From: Psammoneis japonica
Taxonomy: Eukaryota
Length of the DNA: 64,000 nucleotides
Assembly: GCA_008632985.1 (NCBI GenBank)
Contig: QPGO01000015.1
Span: 373,998-437,997, forward strand
Reading direction: 5' to 3'
Below are positions 63,889 to 64,000 of this stretch, one piece after another. The notes beneath the pieces were generated by a model. The model ran no database searches. It was given only the letters and a program-made list of their open reading frames with translations, and had not been told where the DNA came from. Each line of letters starts with the position of its first letter. The first letter of the stretch is position 1. Made by a program: the position numbers and the translations under genes.

Positions 63889-64000
63889 TTTACTGTGTGC
63901 ACTTTGTGATCTTAATAATATGCGTTTTATCGAGAAATAACTGCTTTAGTCATCCTCTTCACCATCGTATTCGTCTAGCCCAATGCCTTCCCCATCCTGT

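Overview
Eukaryotic nuclear DNA, most likely from a diatom (short GT-AG introns, signal peptide+'AF' plastid presequences, diatom-type LINEs). Gene islands encode an IGHMBP2/HCS1 helicase, a plastid FKBP, RPB7, a membrane protein, UDP-sugar pyrophosphorylase, a class-3 lipase, an F-box/WD-like protein, a GST, RPL23A and two paralogous plastid proteins. They alternate with sharply bounded blocks (~1-5450, ~18000-19850, ~21740-23980, ~32330-49760, ~54250-62700) that are almost free of TpA, variably CpG-poor and CA/TG-rich. These blocks hold dead retrotransposons, satellites and pseudogenes. A local tandem duplication (21186-25147) supplies an unmutated reference. It shows A:T->G:C hypermutation centred on the A of 5'-TAY-3', which runs faster than CpG decay, acts on a regional domain rather than on both repeat copies, and turns Tyr codons into His/Cys in TE catalytic motifs. 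This is a candidate undescribed adenine-directed, RIP-like genome-defence process. The enzyme is not identifiable here, and a base-calling artefact has to be excluded. Most Cys/His-rich ORFs in the track are by-products of TAA/TAG loss.
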